A stretch of 64,000 nucleotides of DNA, taken from Rebecca billardiae RCC1528. Lineage: Eukaryota > Protista > Haptophyta. Position 1 is the stretch's first letter. The number at the start of each line of letters is the position of its first letter. Of the stretch, positions 56,589 to 64,000 are shown one piece after another. Below the pieces are notes generated by a model, which worked only from the letters and a program-made list of their open reading frames with translations, did not search any database and had not been told where the DNA came from. The stretch is taken from contig OZ251225.1 in assembly GCA_965240325.2 (NCBI GenBank), positions 4,049,910-4,113,909 of the forward strand, given 5' to 3'. The position numbers were made by a program, and so were the translations under genes.

Positions 56589-58779
56589 TCTGGTATCTCG
56601 CCGCGTGGCTCCGCCCTGCCCGGCGTGTGCCTCGCCTCCTCGCTGCCGATCTGGATGGCGCAGGCGCTTCGAGGACGGCTAGACATATATATATATATAT
56701 ATATATATGAGTGTATTCGAGTGTGTGCCGCCTATATACACTTGCTGCTGGGTCATCCGCATACGGAATACGGCGGCGCCGAGACGGCTTAGCATGATAG
56801 ATGCCACTCGGCTCCGGCCCACCCAGCCGGAGCTCACTCATCAATCAGTACTAGCGCCGCCCCCGAACCCGCCGGCTCGGGCGACTACACGTCACACGCG
56901 CCGCCTCAGCCCGAGCACGAGCGCGAGGCGTGGCGCCGGCTCGGTCCGGGAGGGCACGAGCTGCACTGCGCGCGACGAGTGGCTCGCGTGCGGTGCCAGC
57001 GGACGAGTCGTCGGCCCGTTTGCGTGTCTCTTTTGACCAATACCCGCACGGGCCGGGTGAGTGCGCGGCCGCGCGGTGGCCCCTGCCGCCAGGACGATCA
57101 CAGAGACACGGAGCAGTGCCAGACGGGCACGCGGGCTACGCTCGAGTGAACGTGTATCCCCGTGCGGCCGTGCCGAAGTGCGCGATGCGACGCTGCTCTC
57201 GCGCTGGGGCTCTTGCATCGAGCCCAGGTCTGGCAGTCGGCACGGCGACCGATGGGCCGCCGCCACGGCCGTGCGGATCTACTGTCGTGCCCTTTCGCGG
57301 CGTCGCGGGTCTGCTTGGCGCGCGCGCATGGCGTCGCCATCTCGCCCGGCACGCAGCACCCTTCCCTTCCCGACCACGCCGCGCACGGCGCGCGGTCGGT
57401 TGCGGCGCGGGCGAGCGGTTGGCCGCTCGAGGCGGCGCGCGCGTGCGCGCTGCCCCGAGCCGAGGCGAAGGAGGCGTGGTGCAAGACGCGCGGCGCAGAA
57501 GGGTGCCGGGTGCTCGCCCGCAACAGCCCGTCCGCCCGCGCCGGCTCCGCGGGCGCATCCGCGCCCGTAGTGCGCGGAGCACTCGCCGACCATGTGTGGG
57601 GGCCGATCCGGCCGGACATTCGCCTGGCATTCGCCGGCGATCGAATTGATTTGCCGCGCTGCTTCTTGCCGAGCCCCCTCGCCCAGCAAATGACCGGCGG
57701 TATTATTTTGATCAAAGGAATTTGATTCGGGACCGTACACTAGCAGGCCGTTACGGGCTAGGTCAGTGTTGGATGGCGTCAATCACGCTTGGCAAGGACG
57801 CGCACCTCAAGACCGCCGCCCGCCGGTGCGTCACGCGAGGCCCGGCCTGATCGCGCGGATGGCGCCGCGCGCCGCGGCGGGCGAAGCGTTCGATCGCGCG
57901 AGGGGGAGAGCGCCCGTGCCGCCGCGGCGCTCGTGACGCGCGCGCGTGCGGTCCGGCCTTCCCGCACGCCGTCGTGCCTGTCCGCCGTCGTCACCGCCCT
58001 CGCTGCCAGACCCACCCCCGTCGCCGTCGCCGCGGCGCCGCCGAGCTCGAGCCCTCGCTGGCCACTGCGCATGTCGCTGCCGGTCCCGCTCCCGCGTCGC
58101 CGCCCCGCTCCCACCGCAGCCCCACGCCGAGCCCATCTTCCCCTGCCACCGAGTGCGCCGCCCGGCCTGCCGCCTCGCCCGTCGCCTTCGCCGCCGCCGA
58201 GCCCGCCACCGAGCCCACCGAGGCCCGCCGCCCACCCTACCCGCCGCCGAGTCCGTCGCCACCGCCGCCCTCGCCGCCCAGCTCGGCCAGCCCGTCGCGC
58301 AGCCCGCGCCATCGCCCTCGCCACCACCATCGCCACCGCCGAGCCCGTCGCCACGCTCGCCGCCCCCGCTCTTATCGCCGCCCTCGTCGCTGGCGGCGGC
58401 GCCGAGCCCACCGCCATCGCCACCGCCTTCGCCGCCACCGCTGCCGCCCGCCGCCCAGCCCGCCGCCCAGCCCGCCGCCAAGCCTGCCGCCCTCTCCACC
58501 TCTGACCCGGCCGCCGCCGCCGCCGAGCCCACCGCAGAGCCACCGAGTCAGCCGCCGTCCCAGCCGCCTTCCCTCGCCACAGCGCCGGCCGACGAGGGCC
58601 GATTGTGTGGCGCCGCAAGCGGCTGCGCAGCCGCGCCCCGCGCGGCTGCGGCTTTGGGTGCGCCCGTGGGCGCGCCACCGCTGAGCACCGCCTCCGCCGA
58701 GCGCCACCGCCGAGCACCTCCTCGCGGCCGCCCCGCGCTCGAGCCGTGTGCTCCGCGCGCGCCGCGAGTGCAGCCGAGT

Positions 58780-61355
58780 GCAACTTGCCGAGTGCCGCGC
58801 ACGGTGCCGCGCGCCGCCCAGCGGCGCGTCGAGGCGGCGGACGGCGATCGAATCGCGCTGCGGCAATCGGTCGTACGCGTCGAGGCGCGTGGGCTCCCGC
58901 CGCGCCGAGCTTCCGCGCGGCCGCTCCGCGCTCGAGCCGCTGCGCTCGGCGCGCGCGCACGGGCGCGCGCGCAGCTGCGCGCGCCAACTGACTTGCCAGG
59001 TGGTGCGCGCGGTGCCGCGCGCCGCCCAGCGGCGCCTCGAGTCGGCGGACGGTGCTCGGAACGCGCTGCGGCGATTTGACGTACGTGTCGAGGGACGTGG
59101 GCTCCCGCCGCGCCGAGCTTCTGCGCGGCCGCTCCGCGCTCGAGCCGCTGGGCTCGGCGCGCGCGCACGGGCGCGCGCGCAGCTGCGCGCGCACTCGAGC
59201 GAGGCTGCAGACTTGCCAACTGGTGCGCGCGGTGCCGCGCGCCGCCCAGCGGCGCCTCGAGTCGGCGAACGGTGCTGGAAACGCGCTGCGGCGATTTGAC
59301 GTACGCGTCGAGGGACGTGGGCTCCCGCCGCGCCGAGCTTCCGCGCGGCCGCTCCGCGCTCGAGCCGCTGGGTTCGGCGCGCGCGCACGGGCGCGCGCGC
59401 AGCTGCGCGCGCACTCGAGGCTGCAGACTTGCCGGGCGGTGCGCGCGGTGCCGCACGCCGCCCAGCGGCGCCTCGAGTCGGCGGACGGTGCTCGGAACGC
59501 GCTGCGGCAATTTGACGTACGCGTCGAGGGACGTGGGCTCCCGCCGCGCCGAGCTTCCGCGCGGCCGCTCCGCGCTCGAGCCGCTGGGCTCGGCGCGCGC
59601 GCACGGGCGCGCGCGCAGCTGCGCGCACTAGGCTGCAGACTTGGCAACTGGTGCGCGCGGTGCCGCGCGCCGCCCAGCGGCGCGTCGAGGCGGCGAACGG
59701 TGCTGGAAACGCGCTGCGGCAATTTGACGTGCGCGTCGAGGGACGTGGGCTCCCGCCGCGCCGAGCTTCTGCGTGGCCGCTCCGCGCTCGAGCCGCTGGG
59801 CTCGGCGCGCGCGCACGGGCGCGCGCGCAGCTGCGCGCGCACTCGAGGCTGCAGACTTGCCAGGCGGTGCGCGCGGTGCCGCGCGCCGCCCAGCGGCGCC
59901 TCGAGGCCGCGGACGGTGCTGGAAACGCGCTGCGGCGATTTGTCGTACGCGTCGAGGCGCGTGGGCTCCCGCCGCGCCGAGCTTCCGCGCGGCCGCTCCG
60001 CGCTCGAGCCGCTGGGCTCGGCGCGCGCGCACGGGCGCGCGCAGCTGCGCGCGCACTCGAGCGAGGCTGCAGACTGGTGCGCGCGGTGCCGCGCGCCGCC
60101 CAGCGGCGCCTCGAGGCGGCGGACGGTGCTGGAAACGCGCTGCGGCAATTTGACGTACGCCTCGAGGGACGTGGGCTCCCGCCGCGCCGAGCTTCTGCGT
60201 GGCCGCTCCGCGCTCGAGCCACTGGGCTCGGCGCGCGCGCACGGGCGCGCGCGCAGCTGCGCGCGCACTCGAGGCTGCAGACTTGCCGGGCGGTGCGCGC
60301 GGTGCCGCGCGCCGCCCAGCGGCGCGTCGAGGCGGCGAACGGTGCTGGAAACGCGCTGCGGCGATTTGACGTACGCGTCGAGGGACGTGGGCTTCCGCCG
60401 CGCCGAGCTTCCGCGCGGCCGCTCCGCGCTCGAGCCGCTGGGTTCGGCGCGCGCGCACGGGCGCGCGCGCAGCTGCGCGCGCACTCGAGCGAGGCTGCAG
60501 ACTTGCCAACTGGTGCGCGCGGTGCCGCGCGCCGCCCAGCGGCGCGTCGAGGCGGCGAACGGTGCCGGAAACGCGCTGCGGCAATTTGACGTTCGCGTCG
60601 AGGGACGTGGGCTCCCGCCGCGCCGAGCTTCTGCGTGGCCGCTCCGCGCTCGAGCCGCTGGGCTCGGCGCGCGCGCACGGGCGCGCGCGCAGCTGCGCGC
60701 GCACTCGAGACTTGCCGGGCGGTGCGCGCGGTGCCGCGCGCCGCCCAGCGGCGCCTCGAGGCGGCGGACGGTGCCAGAAACGCGCTGCGGCAATTTGACG
60801 TTCGCGTCGAGGGACGTGGGCTCCCGCCGCGCCGAGCTTCTGCGTGGCCGCTCCGCGCTCGAGCCGCTGGGCTCGGCGCGCGCGCACGGGCGCGCGCGCA
60901 ACCGCGCACTCGAGCGAGGCTGCAGACTGGTGCGCGCGGTGCCGCGCGCCGCCCAGCGGCGCCTCGAGTCGGCGGACGGTGCTGGAAACGCGCTGCGGCG
61001 ATTTGTCGTACGCGTCGAGGCGCGTGGGCTCCCGCCGCGCCGAGCTTCCGCGCGGCCGCTCCGCGCTCGAGCAGCTGGGCTCGGCGCGCGCGCACGGGCG
61101 CGCGCGCAGCTGCGCGCGCACTCGAGACTTGCCGGGCGGTGCGCGCGGTGCCGCGCGCCGCCCAGCGGCGCCTCGAGGCGGCGGACGGTGCCGGAAACGC
61201 GCTGCGGCAATTTGACGTACGCGTCGAGTGACGTGGGCTCCCGCCGCGCCGAGCTTCTGCGCGGCCGCTCCGCGCTTGAGCCGCTGCGCTCGGCGCGCGC
61301 GCACGGGCGCGCGCAGCTGCGCGCGCACTCGAGCGAGGCTGCAGACTTGCCAACT
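58780..61355. repeat. Subtelomeric satellite, about 12 units of ~210-220 bp
   Basis: Recurrent GGTGCGCGCGGTGCCGCGCGCCGCCCAGCGGCGC at approx. 59002, 59222, 59437, 59650, 59866, 60076, 60292, 60512, 60721, 60929 and 61138. Confidence 0.92.
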
Positions 61356-61530
61356 GGGTTAGAAGTATGTTTTCTCGAGATTGACCGAGCCAAATTCTCT
61401 CAAAATTGGAGGGCCCCTAGCCCTTGCCATTTCCATGGCAGAGCCCAAGTCTCGTTAAAATCGGTTCGGTCAATCTCGAGAAATTCTCATTTTAGTACCG
61501 GCGACCCTAACCACCACCCTAACCCTAACC
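61356..61530. repeat. 175-bp telomere-adjacent module, copy 1 (copy 2 at 62672-62846, partial copy at 62630-62669)
   Basis: Near-identical direct repeats with an internal inverted repeat TTCTCGAGATTGACCGA / TCGGTCAATCTCGAGAA. Confidence 0.9.
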
Positions 61531-62050
61531 CTTACCTGCGCCCTAACCCTTACCTGCGCCCTAACCCTTACCTGCGCCCTAACCCTTACCTGCGCCCTAA
61601 CCCTTACCTGCGCCCTAACCCTTACCACGACCCTAACCCTTACCTGCGCCCTAACCCTTACCTGCGCCCTAACCCTTACCTGCGCCCTAACCCTTACCTG
61701 CGCCCTAACCCTTACCTGCGCCCTAACCCTTACCTGCGCCCTAACCCTTACCTGCGCCCTAACCCTTACCACGACCCTAACCCTTACCTGCGCCCTAACC
61801 CTTACCTGCGCCCTAACCCTTACCTGCGCCCTAACCCTTACCTGCGCCCTAACCCTTACCTGCGCCCTAACCCTTACCTGCGCCCTAACCCTTACCTGCG
61901 CCCTAACCCTTACCTGCGCCCTAACCCTTACCACGACCCTAACCCTTACCTGCGCCCTAACCCTTACCACGACCCTAACCCTTACCTGCGCCCTAACCCT
62001 TACCTGCGCCCTAACCCTTACCTGCGCCCTAACCCTCACCCTCACCCTCA
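61523..62050. repeat. 18-bp telomere-variant array CCCTAACCCTTACC(TGCG/ACGA), about 28 units, opposite in orientation to the telomere
   Basis: Seen directly. Confidence 0.92.
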
Positions 62051-62629
62051 CATTGTACATTTGGAATGTAAATTGTACATTTGGGGTGTAGTACATTGTA
62101 CATTCGGAAATGTACATTGTACATTCGGAATGTACATTGTACATTCGGAATGTACATTGTACATTCGGAAATGTACATTCTACATTTGGATACATTGTAA
62201 ATGATACATTTGGAGTGTAGTACACTGTACATTCGGAAATATACATTGTACATTTGGAATGTACATTGTACATTCGAAAATGTACATTGTACATTTTGAA
62301 TGTACTACATTGTACATTCGGATCCATTCGATCATCAGATGTACAGCATGCAATCGAAAAGTGTACGAATGGTACACAGTGTACTGTTGCAATGTACACT
62401 CTGATACTTTCAGATGTATATCAATCAAAAGTTCACAAAGTGTACACATATATGTACATTCAAAATGCACATTCGGATACAGTCATATGTACAACCAAGA
62501 AGTGTACAAAGTGTACAAATGTGTACATTCAAAATGTATACAACAGTGTACATTCATATGTACAATCAATAAGTGTACAAAGTGTACAATGTACCGTCAC
62601 AATCTACATTCGGATACATGCATTCAGAT
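62050..62629. repeat. AT-rich degenerate TGTACA(T)-based satellite
   Basis: Repeated TGTACATTGTACATTCGGAA units that decay towards the telomere. Confidence 0.85.
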
Positions 62630-62846
62630 GGGTTAGAAGTATGTTTTCTCGAGATTGACCGAGCCGAATAGGGGTTAGAAGTATGTTTTCTCGAGATTGA
62701 CCGAGCCGAATCCTCTCAAAATTGGAGGGCCCCTAGCCCTTCCCATTTCCATGGCAGAGCCCAAGTCTCGTTGAAATCGGTTCGGTCAATCTCGAGAAAT
62801 TCTCATTTTAGTACCGGCGACCCTAACCACCACCCTAACCCTAACC

Positions 62847-64000
62847 TAGGTTTAGGGTTAGGGTTAGGGTTAGGGTTAGGGTTAGGGGTTAGGGTTAGGG
62901 TTAGGGTTAGGGTTAGGGTTAGGGTTAGGGTTAGGGTTAGGGTTAGGGTTAGAGGTTAAGGGTTAGGGTTAGGGTTAGGGTTAGGGTTAGGGTTAGGGTT
63001 AGGGTTAGGGTTAGGGTTAGGGTTAGGGTTAGGGTTAGGGTTAGGGTTAGGGTTAGGGTTAGGGTTAGGGTTAGGGTTAGGGTTAGGGTTAGGGTTAGGG
63101 TTAGGGTTAGGGTTAGGGTTAGGGTTAGGGTTAGGGTTAGGGTTAGGGTTAGGGTTAGGGTTAGGGTTAGGGTTAGGGTTAGGGTTAGGGTTAGGGTTAG
63201 GGTTAGGTAGGGTTAGGGTTAGGGTTAGGGTTAGGGTTAGGGTTAGGGTTAGGGTTAGGGTTAGGGTTAGGGTTAGGGTTAGGGGTTAGGGTTAGGGTTA
63301 GGGTTAGGGTTAGGGGTTAGGGTTAGGGTTAGGGTTAGGGTTAGGGTTAGGGTTAGGGTTAGGGTTAGGGGTTAGGGTTAGGGTTAGGGGTTAGGGTTAG
63401 GGTTAGGGTTAGGGTTAGGGTTAGGGTTAGGGGTTAGGGTTAGGGGTTAGGGTTAGGGTTAGGGTTAGGGTTAGGGGTTAGGGTTAGGGTTAGGGTTAGG
63501 GTAGGGTTAGGGTTAGGGTAGGGGTTGGGTTAGGGGTTAGGGTTAGGTTAGGGGTTAGGGTTAGGGTTAGGGTTAGGGTTAGGGGTTAGGGTTAGGTTGG
63601 GTAGGGTTAGGGAGTTAGGGTAAGGGTTAGGGTTAGGGTTAGGGTTAGGGTTAGGGTTAGGGTTAGGGTTAGGGTTAGGGTTAGGGTTAGGGGTAGGGTT
63701 AGGGTTAGGGTTAGGGTTAGGGTTAGGTTAGGGGTTAGGGTTAGGGTTAGGGTTAGGGTTAGGGTTAGGGTTAGGGTTAGGGTTAGGGTTAGGGGTTAGG
63801 GTTAGGGTTAGGGTTAGGGTTAGGTTAGGGTTAGGGTTAGTTAGGGGTTAGGGTTGTTAGGGTTAGGGTTATGGGTTAGGGTTAGGGTTAGGGTTAGGGT
63901 TAGGGTTAGGGTTAGGGTTAGGGTTAGGGTTAGGGGGTTAGGGTTAGGGTTAGGGTTAGGGGTTAGGGTTAGGGTAGGGTTAGGGTTAGGGTTGGTAGGG
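62847..64000 (+). repeat. Telomere (TTAGGG)n
   Basis: More than 1.1 kb of TTAGGG running to the window end, G-rich strand pointing outward. Confidence 0.97.

Larger units (their letters stand above)
52236..56684. mobile_element. Hairpin-terminated element, copy C (about 0.9 kb of own sequence) with a nested TIR element
   Basis: TATAT|GTGGGGTTATTGGCACAATAATAACTGATTGTCTAAGAGGACG ... GAGGACGGCTAGAC|ATATAT: the same termini as copies A and B, with a different interior. Confidence 0.75.

Noticed and set aside
57779-62399. Long ORFs of 1204, 993, 1050 and 309 aa
   Set aside because: They are translations of GC-rich satellites and telomere-variant repeats that lack stop codons.
62847-64000. Variant units (TTAGGGG, TAGGG) as a novel telomere motif
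   Set aside because: They are irregular and increase toward the end, consistent with long-read homopolymer errors.

Overview
This window is the right-hand end of a chromosome from a very GC-rich, intron-bearing eukaryotic alga. The fucoxanthin-type LHC genes, short GCGC-rich introns and (TTAGGG)n telomere suggest a haptophyte of the Pavlova/Diacronema type; the taxon is an inference. Host genes lie at 1.4-13.3 kb (PhyH-type dioxygenase, two LHCs, RPS21, an unknown protein, a NUMOD3 protein) and 34.4-39.5 kb (C2-domain membrane protein, Maf, LRR protein). The rest is nested mobile DNA and subtelomere. (1) A complete-looking 16,035-bp Polinton-like virus (PLV, 16558-32592) carries TIRs, a protein-primed PolB, major and minor capsid proteins, an A32-like ATPase, a lipase, a Tlr6F-like protein and a LamG protein. 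It has no recognisable integrase or tyrosine recombinase and no target-site duplication (TSD). (2) The PLV sits inside one copy of a short non-autonomous element family with hairpin and asymmetric inverted-repeat termini (GTGGGGTTATTG...GAGGACGGCTAGAC). This family inserts in (TA)n, forms an exact head-to-tail tandem and has three copies here with shared ends and different interiors, as expected for rolling-circle (Helitron2/Replitron-like) elements. (3) The third copy carries a CACAG-TIR element with a 2-bp TSD. (4) An intact 6.2-kb hAT-like transposon with a 7-bp TSD encodes a transposase of about 1,780 aa with C-terminal chromo- and Tudor-like domains. (5) The chromosome end comprises a ~210-bp satellite, a duplicated 175-bp module, inverted telomere-variant repeats and the telomere. 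The best candidate for a new system is the integrase-less virus enclosed by rolling-circle-type transposon ends.
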